Below, piece by piece: positions 9,997 through 18,891 of a DNA stretch of 64,000 nucleotides. Positions within the stretch are counted from its first letter, which is position 1. Each line of letters begins with the position of its first letter. The stretch covers positions 721 to 64,720 of the forward strand of contig CACAAP010000003.1 of the NCBI GenBank assembly GCA_902530535.1, read 5' to 3'. The position numbers were made by a program, and so were the translations under genes. A model generated the notes under the pieces. That model ran no database searches. It was not told the DNA's origin and saw nothing but the letters and a program-made list of their open reading frames with translations. This DNA is from an uncultured Candidatus Poseidoniales archaeon. GTDB taxonomy: Archaea; Thermoplasmatota; Poseidoniia; Poseidoniales; Thalassarchaeaceae.

Positions 9997-12900
9997 TTGG
10001 GGAAGGGGTCCGTGACTTCTGCGGATGGAAGACCTCAACAAGATGAAGAGCTTGTTTTCTGGTCTTGGTTCTTCGAAAGAATTAGTCCCTTCACCGATCG
10101 GTTATCGAGTCTAAGGAATGCCGTTGGAGATAGTCCCATTGGAGGTTTTATCGACACTGCGGGTCAGTTGATCAACGATATCTCGGATACCGCTCACATA
10201 GCGGCCCAGAGAGTAGTGGAGTTGACTTACAGTGCAATTCTCAGAAGTCCAGCATACCTGATAGTGACACTTCTATTGGCTTCTGCACTGATTGGATGGA
10301 GGGCCGAGGACTTCGAACACCAGATTAACGGGGATGTCGAGATTTATCTCCCCGACGGGGCCAACTCAACACTGTTGCTTAACGAGGTAAGGGAACAATG
10401 GGCCACGGACATAGTGATTCTTTACATTCAGACGAATAACGCAGCCATCGGTGCTAAGCATGGTGATGAAAACATCACAGATGCCGATATTTTGAACCAG
10501 ATTTCATGGATAGAAGGTGACGATAACAACGCCCAAGCTGGGGGATATGGGAGAGGTCTGGACTACAACAAGGAGGATCGTGGATCCTATTATTGTTCCA
10601 GCCCAATGAGCGGCTGTGATGGCGTTGTATGGATTTTATCCCCGGCCCAAATCGTGAAAGAGGCAAACTCCACCGACTATCGCTTCTCGTGCGCCGTGGA
10701 GAAGTACGGGCTACCAGGTTCAGATGGGGACTGTGATTTGGCTAGTCTGAATCCTAACGAGGGATACTCAATACCCCAAGGGGACGGAGCCCAGGATAGA
10801 ATCGATGGCTATGTCGAGAACTCCGGGGATCTGTTCTCAAACTTCGTCAGAGACACCAACAACGACGGGATATGGGATACTGGGGTGGTAATAATGGGGA
10901 TTTCATTCGATATGACCAACACCGACATCACCCCCAGGGCCGATCTCAAGACAGGTGAGGAGATCAGAGATCATAAGGCATTCATCGCGTATGTCAAAGC
11001 ACTTCTTTCCTCAGATCCAGCCAGAATCCACTGCGCTCTTTGCTTCGAAGTCTATGATGAAGTCTGGACAATGGACAAGGAGAGGTCGGACAAGATTCCT
11101 GAAAGGAGAGCAGTCACCGTCACGGGGCTAACGCCTGTCTTGCATGACGTTTCGGACGAGATATACAAGGCACTCAGGTACACTATGCTACCAGTCAGCC
11201 TAGTGCTCGTGGGCCTTACGATGTTCATTCTCCACAGGAGCTGGAAGGTAATCGTAATCTGCGGGACCCCGATAGCGATGAGCCTAGCCGTTACCTTCGG
11301 TTCCACCGTCATCTTCGACATCATGCTCACGCCCATGATCATCTCAGCAGGACCCATATTGGTGGGTCTCGGTGTGGACTATTCGTTGCACCTGACCAAT
11401 AGAATCGAGGAGAACAGGAAGGATATTCTGAAGGAGATGGAGGAGGAGGCATGGACATCGAAGAGAGACGGGGTAGAGGTCCCGGAGCCAGATCCTTTCG
11501 ACCCCCAGATTAGTCTGACTGCCAACGTCAGAGCAGCCATGACTACTGGAAACGCGATTTTCCTATCCGCATTGACTACAATAGTCGGTTTCAGCGTGCT
11601 TACCTGGCATAGTCTAGTCCCCATCGAACCAATGAGGACCGTTGGGAAGACCCTACTGATTGGCATCTCGACCACCTTCATCATCTCGATGCTAATGGTC
11701 CCTGCATGGATAGAACTCCTACGCTACAGGAAAGGGGACTCAGATGGCCTGCTTTCGAGCGGAGTGGTGGAGTCTGCTAGGAGGAAGAGGATCACGGCAA
11801 GGAGGGAGTCAAAGGAAAGAGAAACGCCTTGGATGAAGAGGGAGGAATCCGCCATAGATACCTCTGACGTTTTCGGCACAATCCTTGGGATTAACAGCAT
11901 ATTCTTCTATCTAGCTTCCACATTAATCTTCACCGGTACTCTGTTCCTCATCACCGATCTAACAAGATTGGATCTATCCCCATCAAACCTCTTGATCCTG
12001 GGTTTCACCCTTTCGACAACCCTGACCTTCTCACTACTAGATGAGTTCTGGGAGTCTGTGGGCAAGGTCCCCCTCAAGGCCACTGTTTTGGTGATCCTCA
12101 TTTCCACGGCGGCCACAGTGTGGGGCGGTATGATGTTCAAGGAGCAGTTGGGGAAGGACATCACCGGATCTTCTGACGAGGTCCCCCCTAATCTCGAGTC
12201 TTATGAAGCACTAAGGGAGTACAGCATCGTTTTCGAGGGCGGTCAGACTAACATGTTCATCGTTGACGCCACTGAATACGTAACCGAGAACGACACGGCC
12301 CCAATCAGAGATCTGCCAATCCTAGATTCGATTGAGAGGATGCAGACCATCAGGATCGACAACGTGGAGAATACAACAACCATCAGTCTCGTGAATATAC
12401 TCAAGGCAATACATGTAGACGTACAGATCGGAAATCTCGAACTATACGATCAGAGCCTCTGGGACCTAATCCATGACGAGTGTTGGGACGAGTCCACCAA
12501 CCCACTCCGTCCAGATTGCTGGCCCTACACAGTAAGCAGTAGAGAGGACATGGTGAACATCGCATTCGACACCCTGAGCCCCGAAATTAGATCGATGCTG
12601 ATGAACTCAGACGACGGCGATGGTGAGACTAAGACCCTAGTCTATGTCAACCAACCATACATCAATCTCGCAGTAGCAGGAGGCCTAAGGGACACTATCG
12701 ACGGCCACCTAGACGAGGGTGGATGCTCCGATGCACTGAGATGCAACGCTCTTGGCATACAGGGGGTCTACAACTCTCTACTAACGGGCGGTCTCCCGGT
12801 TTCCCTGGACATTAACGACGGGATTCACGAGGCCCAGTCAAAGACAACTATTGCCACGATGCTGATACTGCTACTCGTAATGGCCATACTATTCAGATCC

Positions 12901-13392
12901 GCAAGACTAGCATTATTCACCATGACTGCAGTCGGAGTCGTTGTTCTCTGGCAACCCCTGCTGATGTGGTTCTACAAGGTCAACGTCAACGTATTCACGG
13001 CAATGATAGGTACACTTGTGTTCGGCATAGGTGTCGATGACTCAATCCACATAATTGATCGAATAAAGGACGAACGAGAGACTCCATCGGGAATTCAGAA
13101 GTCGGTTTCCAGAACGGGCAGAACAATTTTCGAGACCACCGCGACGACTTGCACAGGACTGGCCGCTGGGCTTTTCGTAGCAATTCCAGGCCTGCAGAAC
13201 TTCTTCTTACTGATGATGCTACTTCTGGTCTTGGCACTTTTGACCAGCTCCATCCTCCTCCCGAGCCTGATCGTCGCCTATCACGAGATTTCCCATGCTC
13301 TTCGAGGCAAGTCCTTCGGAACATGGCAGGACTATGACGAGAGCGGCTCTATCGCAGATTCGGCGCCCCTAGACGCAGTCATCTTCAGATAG
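9997..13392 (+). CDS. large MMPL/RND-superfamily exporter (1131 aa) with extended extracytoplasmic domains; TTG (9997) or GTG (10012) start
   Basis: Two 6-TM MMPL bundles (GVDYSLH and GVDDSIH motifs) separated by large soluble domains. Paralogue of 2773-5340. Confidence 0.75.
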   Translation: MGKGSVTSADGRPQQDEELVFWSWFFERISPFTDRLSSLRNAVGDSPIGGFIDTAGQLINDISDTAHIAAQRVVELTYSAILRSPAYLIVTLLLASALIGWRAEDFEHQINGDVEIYLPDGANSTLLLNEVREQWATDIVILYIQTNNAAIGAKHGDENITDADILNQISWIEGDDNNAQAGGYGRGLDYNKEDRGSYYCSSPMSGCDGVVWILSPAQIVKEANSTDYRFSCAVEKYGLPGSDGDCDLASLNPNEGYSIPQGDGAQDRIDGYVENSGDLFSNFVRDTNNDGIWDTGVVIMGISFDMTNTDITPRADLKTGEEIRDHKAFIAYVKALLSSDPARIHCALCFEVYDEVWTMDKERSDKIPERRAVTVTGLTPVLHDVSDEIYKALRYTMLPVSLVLVGLTMFILHRSWKVIVICGTPIAMSLAVTFGSTVIFDIMLTPMIISAGPILVGLGVDYSLHLTNRIEENRKDILKEMEEEAWTSKRDGVEVPEPDPFDPQISLTANVRAAMTTGNAIFLSALTTIVGFSVLTWHSLVPIEPMRTVGKTLLIGISTTFIISMLMVPAWIELLRYRKGDSDGLLSSGVVESARRKRITARRESKERETPWMKREESAIDTSDVFGTILGINSIFFYLASTLIFTGTLFLITDLTRLDLSPSNLLILGFTLSTTLTFSLLDEFWESVGKVPLKATVLVILISTAATVWGGMMFKEQLGKDITGSSDEVPPNLESYEALREYSIVFEGGQTNMFIVDATEYVTENDTAPIRDLPILDSIERMQTIRIDNVENTTTISLVNILKAIHVDVQIGNLELYDQSLWDLIHDECWDESTNPLRPDCWPYTVSSREDMVNIAFDTLSPEIRSMLMNSDDGDGETKTLVYVNQPYINLAVAGGLRDTIDGHLDEGGCSDALRCNALGIQGVYNSLLTGGLPVSLDINDGIHEAQSKTTIATMLILLLVMAILFRSARLALFTMTAVGVVVLWQPLLMWFYKVNVNVFTAMIGTLVFGIGVDDSIHIIDRIKDERETPSGIQKSVSRTGRTIFETTATTCTGLAAGLFVAIPGLQNFFLLMMLLLVLALLTSSILLPSLIVAYHEISHALRGKSFGTWQDYDESGSIADSAPLDAVIFR

Positions 13393-13394
13393 TT

Positions 13395-13700
13395 GGCGAG
13401 GGTGCAGGGAGTAAGCCCCTTTCTGTTCACCTTTCGGCTGGTCGCATTCAACTATGCATCCTACCCGGTCCTGTCGATGCCATTCGGACCTGCTTGGACT
13501 TGCTCCGGCGTGGTTGCCCGTTCCAGCCACACTCAGGAAACCTCCCCCTCGCGGGTTCACCGTACTCCTGGCATGGTTCGTTTCTGCTGCAGAGCCGGCC
13601 CTCCCGGACCCTCGTCTTGTGACGAGACGCCTGCATCGCGGAGAGGGGACTTTCCTCAGTGTCTAACACTGTCAGCGACCCTCCTGCTCCCTCGGCTGTG
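13395..13700 (-). ncRNA. rnpB: RNase P RNA, archaeal type A (about 305 nt)
   Basis: Minus-strand reading gives ...GCUGACAGUGUUAGACACUG (P3 hairpin) AGGAAAGUCCCCUCUCC (CR-I/P4 5' strand) ... CCACGCCGGAGCAAGUCCAAGCAGG (compare E. coli M1 CCACCCGGAGCAAGGCCAAAUAGG) ... GACCGGGUAGGAUGC ... UGAAUG ... ACAGAAAGGGGCUUAC (CR-V/P4 3' strand; compare ACAGAACCCGGCUUA). P4 shows covariation CCCCU/AGGGG. A terminal helix CGAGGG/CCCUCG closes the molecule. There is no credible ORF in this 380-bp gap. Confidence 0.75.
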
Positions 13701-13774
13701 CGGATGCACCATACCCGAAGAACCCACCGCATGACAAGGGCAAGCATCATGCACGTCCTACTAGACGCGGTTTC

Positions 13775-14476
13775 ATGTCCGATGTAGAGCTCTTGAAGGA
13801 GCAAGCAGGCATCGCAGCATGCCGCTTCGTCAAAGATGGCATGGCACTCGGACTCGGCACCGGCTCTACAGTTAGGTACTCTATCATAGAGATAGCAAGG
13901 CTGATCACTGAGGAAGGGATGAACCTCGTTGGGGTCCCTACTAGTGAAGATACGAGGAGGCTTTCGGAAGAGCTGGGTATTCCTTTGTTGAAGATCGAGG
14001 ACTCAGGAACCCTAGATCTAACAATAGACGGGGCCGATGAGTTTGACCACAACTTCGATCTGATAAAGGGAGGGGGAGGCGCTCTAACTAGGGAAAAGGT
14101 AGTAGCTCTGAAATCCAAATCGATGGTTGTTGTGGCAGATCACACCAAGAAAGTGGAAGTACTGGGCGAATTCGACCTACCAGTTGAGGTCGACTCGGAC
14201 CTCTGGGAAGGAGTTAGAGATGGCATTTCTCGAATTTGTCCCGGACAAGTCAGCCTGAGGACAAACGGTTCAGAACCGTTCGAGACAGATAACAACGGCC
14301 TCATCTTGGATTGCTCCTTCGGCCCAACAATCTCCGATCCAACATCCTTGGAGAGAGCTATTTCCGATATTCCAGGAGTGGTCGAGGTAGGGCTCTTCAT
14401 AGGCATATGCGATGCAGTAATCGTCGCTTCGAGTGATGGAATCGAAGAGCTGATCAAGTCTGATGGAAGAATTTAG
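13775..14476 (+). CDS. rpiA: ribose-5-phosphate isomerase A
   Basis: GLGTGSTV phosphate-binding motif, IDGADE, KGGGGALTREK. 233 aa, full-length match to RpiA. Confidence 0.85.
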   Translation: MSDVELLKEQAGIAACRFVKDGMALGLGTGSTVRYSIIEIARLITEEGMNLVGVPTSEDTRRLSEELGIPLLKIEDSGTLDLTIDGADEFDHNFDLIKGGGGALTREKVVALKSKSMVVVADHTKKVEVLGEFDLPVEVDSDLWEGVRDGISRICPGQVSLRTNGSEPFETDNNGLILDCSFGPTISDPTSLERAISDIPGVVEVGLFIGICDAVIVASSDGIEELIKSDGRI

Positions 14477-14515
14477 CATCCGTCGTCGTTAAAGAGGGCC
14501 TGCCAATCCCGAGCC

Positions 14516-14592
14516 GGGTCTGTAGCTTAGTCAGGTAGAGCACCCGGCTCTTAACCGGGCGGTCGCGGGTTCGAACCCCGTCAGACCCGCCA
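14516..14592 (+). tRNA. tRNA-Lys (anticodon CUU), genomically encoded CCA
   Basis: Cloverleaf by hand. Acceptor GGGUCUG/CAGACCC, D arm GCUU..GAGC, anticodon stem CCCGG/CCGGG with loop CUCUUAA (anticodon CUU), T arm GCGGG-UUCGAAC-CCCGU, discriminator G, then CCA. Confidence 0.85.
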
Positions 14593-15984
14593 ATGTATAT
14601 GCCGAGCAATCGAGGATTCATAACCGATGGTCTGAGACGGACGATTGGCGACGCTATGGGGAAAGAGTACTGGATTGGAGATGTTAGGGCTGGCTCCCAT
14701 GATGCCAAAGAGGTGGTTCTCAAGGGGTGGGTCCACAGGACCCGGGGCTCCAACAAGATTCGGTTCATCGTTGTTCGAGACTCTACAGGCCACGTCCAAT
14801 GCGTGGCGAAGAGGGACGTAGTAGGTGACGAGTGCTTCGAATCTCTCAGGAACGCTCTAATCGAATCTAGTGTCGAGGTAACAGGTGTGGTAGAGCCAAC
14901 TGATCGAGAGCACGGCCATGAGGTCCAGGTTACTTCAGCCACTGTGGTCGGTCCCGTGAACCCCGATCGCCCCTTCCCTATCACCGAATCAGCGATGGAG
15001 GACTCGGATGGCGGTGAGACCGAGTTCCTACTGGACAACAGGCACCTCTACCTTCGAACGAGCCGAATGACGACCATGCTGAAGATTAGAAGCACCGTAT
15101 TCGGGGCAATCCACTCATACTTCCGTGACAGAGACTTCACTGAGTACCAGGCCCCAAACTTCGTTGCAGGGGCCGTGGAAGGTGGAAGTACACTGTTCGA
15201 AGTCCCATACTTCGGCAAGAAGGCATACCTCACCCAGTCTTGGCAGCTCTATGCAGAGGCAGCGATGCCGGCCCTAGAGCGACTGTACACGATGGCCCCC
15301 TCATTCCGAGCAGAGAAGAGCAGGACAAGGAGGCACCTAACAGAGTTCTGGCATGCTGAGATGGAGATAGCATGGGCTTCCAATGACGAGGTGATGGAAC
15401 ACGGGGAAGGAGTGGTGCGACACGTCGCGAGTACCCTACTCGAACAGAGATCAGAGGAACTCGAGGAATTGGGCCGAGATTTGTCCATGGTAGCCAGATT
15501 CGCGGAAAGCGAGTACCCCAGGATGCGCTATGACGAGGCCATTGAGACACTTCAGTCGAAGGGAGTAGAGGTCGAGTGGGGTCAGGACTTGGACTACTCC
15601 AAAGAGAAGATTCTAACCTCTGACTTCGAGGTCCCCCACTTCCTCACTCACTACCCGAGGGTGGCCAAGCCATTCTATCACCGTCCCGATCCTGAAGAAC
15701 CGAAATACGTCCTATGTCACGACCTTCTGGCTCCCGAGGGCTATGGCGAGATAATAGGAGGGGGAGAGAGGACATGGTCCGAGGAGGAAATACTCGAGAG
15801 AATTGACGAGGAGGGAACCCCTCGTGAGCCGTACGAATTCTACATCGATATCCGGAGATACGGAGGAGTCCCCCACGGAGGCTTCGGATTAGGGGTTGAC
15901 AGGCTATGCACCTGGCTTTCTGGTGCTGAGCACATCAGAGAGGCCATCCCGTTCCCAAGGGATAGCAGAAGGGTCACTCCATAG
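14593..15984 (+). CDS. asnS: class IIb aminoacyl-tRNA synthetase, most likely asparagine--tRNA ligase (a non-discriminating AspRS is not excluded)
   Basis: Motif 2 FRAEKSRTRRHLTEFWHAEMEIAW (AsnRS-like FRAExSxTRRHLxEFWMxEPE). Motif 3 GGGER...RRYGGVPHGGFGLGVDRL. N-terminal OB fold. The C-terminal FPRDSRRVTP is AspRS-like, hence the ambiguity. Start is ATG 14593 or 14599, directly abutting the tRNA-Lys 3' end. Confidence 0.6.
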   Translation: MYMPSNRGFITDGLRRTIGDAMGKEYWIGDVRAGSHDAKEVVLKGWVHRTRGSNKIRFIVVRDSTGHVQCVAKRDVVGDECFESLRNALIESSVEVTGVVEPTDREHGHEVQVTSATVVGPVNPDRPFPITESAMEDSDGGETEFLLDNRHLYLRTSRMTTMLKIRSTVFGAIHSYFRDRDFTEYQAPNFVAGAVEGGSTLFEVPYFGKKAYLTQSWQLYAEAAMPALERLYTMAPSFRAEKSRTRRHLTEFWHAEMEIAWASNDEVMEHGEGVVRHVASTLLEQRSEELEELGRDLSMVARFAESEYPRMRYDEAIETLQSKGVEVEWGQDLDYSKEKILTSDFEVPHFLTHYPRVAKPFYHRPDPEEPKYVLCHDLLAPEGYGEIIGGGERTWSEEEILERIDEEGTPREPYEFYIDIRRYGGVPHGGFGLGVDRLCTWLSGAEHIREAIPFPRDSRRVTP

Positions 15985-15995
15985 GAAGTGGTAGT

Positions 15996-16397
15996 ATGGA
16001 CTCAGAGCAGACGCGACCCCTCACTAGGCTGGTAGCGCTCTCAGCGATAACAGCCAGCCTCTGCTGCCTACCCTCAGTCGTTTGGGTCATGCTCGCGGGT
16101 TCCTCAGCCATAGTCGCAGCGGATCAGCTCTCGAACGACCTCTACTACTCGTGGGTCCGATATGCTCTATACATGGTATCACTCTCCATGCTCTCCTACG
16201 GCCTAGTAGTTTACTTCCGCAATAGGGGAGTTTGCACCCTGGACGACGTAAAGAGGGAGAAGAGGAGGGTGATCAACACAACCCTGGCAGTTTTTACAGC
16301 CGCCATTCTTACTTACCTGATTTGGAACTTCGTCATTCTGGAGGTCGTCGGGATAGCCATCGGGCTTCCTTGGGAGGACTCTGCCTTCTGGAACTAG
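15996..16397 (+). CDS. small membrane protein (about 4 TM), hypothetical
   Basis: 133-aa ORF with four hydrophobic helices. No family recognised. Confidence 0.4.
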   Translation: MDSEQTRPLTRLVALSAITASLCCLPSVVWVMLAGSSAIVAADQLSNDLYYSWVRYALYMVSLSMLSYGLVVYFRNRGVCTLDDVKREKRRVINTTLAVFTAAILTYLIWNFVILEVVGIAIGLPWEDSAFWN

Positions 16398-16412
16398 AGC
16401 CCCGCACAACGA

Positions 16413-17661
16413 ATGTCTCTTACGACGACCACCCCTACCAGCGTTATGCCCGAGAGTTGGCGAGACATGGATATCGCAAATCCCACCGAGGAACACTCGA
16501 TGCTGAGGGAGATGGTTCGAAACTTTGTCAGAGAAAGAGTAGAGCCCCAGGCCCTCGAGAGCGACAGAGAAGAGAGATTCAATTTGGAACTATTCAGAGA
16601 AATGGGGTCGATGGGGCTCCTAGGGTTAACCGCCCCCCCCTGATTACGGTGGCGCGGGGATGGATGCGACATCTGTAGCGATTGTCAACGAGGAATTATC
16701 CTATTCCGACCCGGGCCTATGCCTCGCATTTCTAGCACATGACCAACTTTTCGTGAACAACCTAGTTCATAGCGGAAGTGAATCTCAGAAGGAGCGGATA
16801 CTCCCAAAGGTCTGCAGTGGCGAGTGGGTAGGATGCCTGGGAATGAGTGAACCAAACCAAGGCACGGACGTACTTGGCATGGAAACATCTGCCAAACAAT
16901 CCGACGACGGGTCTTGGATTATCAATGGCAGGAAGATGTGGATAACAAACGGCATCATTGACGAGGAGGGTACTCCGGCAGACATCGTCTGGCTTTATGC
17001 TAGGACCGGTACTGATGAAAGAGGCAGGGCAGAAATAACCACTTTCCTGGTCGAGAACGGAATGGAGGGGTACTCCGCAGGACAAAAGATAGAGGATAAG
17101 CTGGGTATGAGGGCGAGCACCACAGCCGAGTTGGTTTTCGAGAACTGTGTCGTGCCGAGCGAGAATATCATCGGAATGCCAGGCGAGTCGAAAATCCACC
17201 TTATGAGGAACCTTGAGCATGAGAGGGTAGCATTGGCTGCAATGAGTGTCGGAATCGCCAGGAGATGCCTAGCAGACATGAACTCATACGCTAGCGAAAG
17301 GGAGGCATTCGGAAAACAAATCAGAAATTTCGGCCAGATCCAGAGACATATCGGTGAATCTTGGGCTGATTACAGGGCAATGCGGGCATATGTATACGAT
17401 ACAGCGAGACAAATCGATCTCTCAAAAGCGGGCCAGAGGCTGGACTCGGACGGTGTGAAACTCTTCGCCACAACTGCCGCCAAGAATATAGCAGACAAGG
17501 CAATTCAGGTAATGGGCGGATATGGCTACGTCGGAGAGTATGTAGTCGAGCGTCTTTGGAGGGACGCGAAGCTACTGGAAATAGGAGGAGGGACCATCGA
17601 GAGTCACCAGAAGAACATCACAAAGGACCTTTCAATTGATTCCTCCGTAATAAATCGGTAA
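16413..17661 (+). pseudogene. acyl-CoA dehydrogenase interrupted by a +1 frameshift in a C8 homopolymer (pseudogene or sequencing error)
   Basis: ORF 16413-16643 is the ACAD N-terminus (..ELFREMGSMGLLGLTAPP*). ORF 16660-17661 carries the rest (SEPNQGTDV, WITNG, ...IYEGT-like C-terminus). Deleting one C from cccccccc at 16633-16640 gives a continuous LTAPPDYGGAGMDATS, the canonical PxxYGGxGxD. Confidence 0.75.
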
Positions 17662-18063
17662 TCAGTCGACATCCTCGATTATCTGCATCTTAAGATCCCC
17701 ATTGGAGGCGGAGTATTCCACTGATTTGATGGCGACTTTCACTTCTCTTCCATCAAACGGGTCGATGATATTGGGTTGACCGCTCCTGAATACTGAAATT
17801 AGCTCATTGTACTCAGAAACCGAAGCAGTGCACAGGACATCGTAGACTGCAGACTCTGAACCCTCATCCAGCAAGTCGTCTCCCTCGCCACCCCTAATGA
17901 CAGTTCTTTGTATCCTTCTTTCTATTTTTATCGTAATTTCCTTACACGGAAGGATTAATTCGACATCTTTTGCTTTCTTTGGTTTGAGAATTGAACCCCC
18001 TTCCTCGAACACCTTACCAATCATTGTCAGGCTAAGGGGCCTGACCAACCTATCCTCGCTCAT
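17662..18063 (-). CDS. hypothetical cytoplasmic protein (133 aa), first gene of the low-GC island
   Basis: Intact ORF, about 45% GC. No family recognised. Confidence 0.4.
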   Translation of the reverse strand: MSEDRLVRPLSLTMIGKVFEEGGSILKPKKAKDVELILPCKEITIKIERRIQRTVIRGGEGDDLLDEGSESAVYDVLCTASVSEYNELISVFRSGQPNIIDPFDGREVKVAIKSVEYSASNGDLKMQIIEDVD

Positions 18064-18100
18064 GATATTCGTTTAGGGTCTCATTTAATCAACATTGCAG

Positions 18101-18883
18101 TTATGGTTCAGAAACCATTGTTGCTGTTGGTTTGAATTGATGTACAGAAATCAGGATCGTAATTTCCTCTGAGTCGTCTGCAGGGCCGAACCCGCCGTAT
18201 GAGTTTACGTCAAGGTTGATTTGCACAGAAATCACTCCGCTACCCCATCCCTCTACCGTCCAAGGTGAAAGGGCTTGGTACTCATTAACAGCCGTTTGGT
18301 TGAAGCTCTGATGTTGGTAGTAGTTTGGATATGTGACTATCCTCAAGTAAATCGGTTCGCAGTCACTATCCGAACCCGAGAGCGTATTCCCCGAGTCAAA
18401 CCACTGTCCGGTCAAAGTCGAATTATCCCCCAGAAGCGTAGCACCTATGGAGTCACACTCCCACTCCCCCCCGTCAGAAATCCAAATTCCGTTCTCACAT
18501 CTACCTTCACTGCCTGCTCTTCCATTGCATTCTTCTGGAATAACCTTCACGTCTATGTAGCCGACAAAATAACCATCATCCACCGATATTTCGTCTAAAA
18601 AGAAGTCGATCACTTTGACGTCACCGTCTGCCCATATGTCATCAAACTCGAACGTGAGGTTATCCCCATTATCGTCCACAACATTGTTTTCGAACGTAAT
18701 ATTCCAACTCTTTTCGGTCTTGACGTAGTCTACTAAGTCAGTCTGATTTAGAACCAAGTCAGCCGAGGTATAAGAGAAAATAAGCGCGGTTGCTAAGATG
18801 CAAGGCAAATACGCTGCCTTAGTCCCATTATCTTTGAATAAATTTGAGATTATTGCACCAAAAGAACCGTCGAAATCACTCAT
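18101..18883 (-). CDS. hypothetical secreted/membrane-anchored protein (260 aa) with N-terminal signal anchor and Cys-containing beta-rich ectodomain
   Basis: N-terminal hydrophobic segment AAYLPCILATALIFSYTSA. Rest is Asn/Asp/Gly-rich with 4 Cys (CNGRAGSEGRCENG...WECDS). Low GC. Confidence 0.45.
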   Translation of the reverse strand: MSDFDGSFGAIISNLFKDNGTKAAYLPCILATALIFSYTSADLVLNQTDLVDYVKTEKSWNITFENNVVDDNGDNLTFEFDDIWADGDVKVIDFFLDEISVDDGYFVGYIDVKVIPEECNGRAGSEGRCENGIWISDGGEWECDSIGATLLGDNSTLTGQWFDSGNTLSGSDSDCEPIYLRIVTYPNYYQHQSFNQTAVNEYQALSPWTVEGWGSGVISVQINLDVNSYGGFGPADDSEEITILISVHQFKPTATMVSEP

Positions 18884-18891
18884 CTTATCAC

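Noticed and set aside
13393-13804. Overlapping short ORFs (13393-13734 +, 13448-13804 -, 13454-13666 +, 13369-13560 -) in the MMPL-rpiA gap
   Set aside because: The region is better explained as the RNase P RNA gene. The ORFs are Arg/Pro/Cys-rich, mutually overlapping and lack any conserved protein signature.
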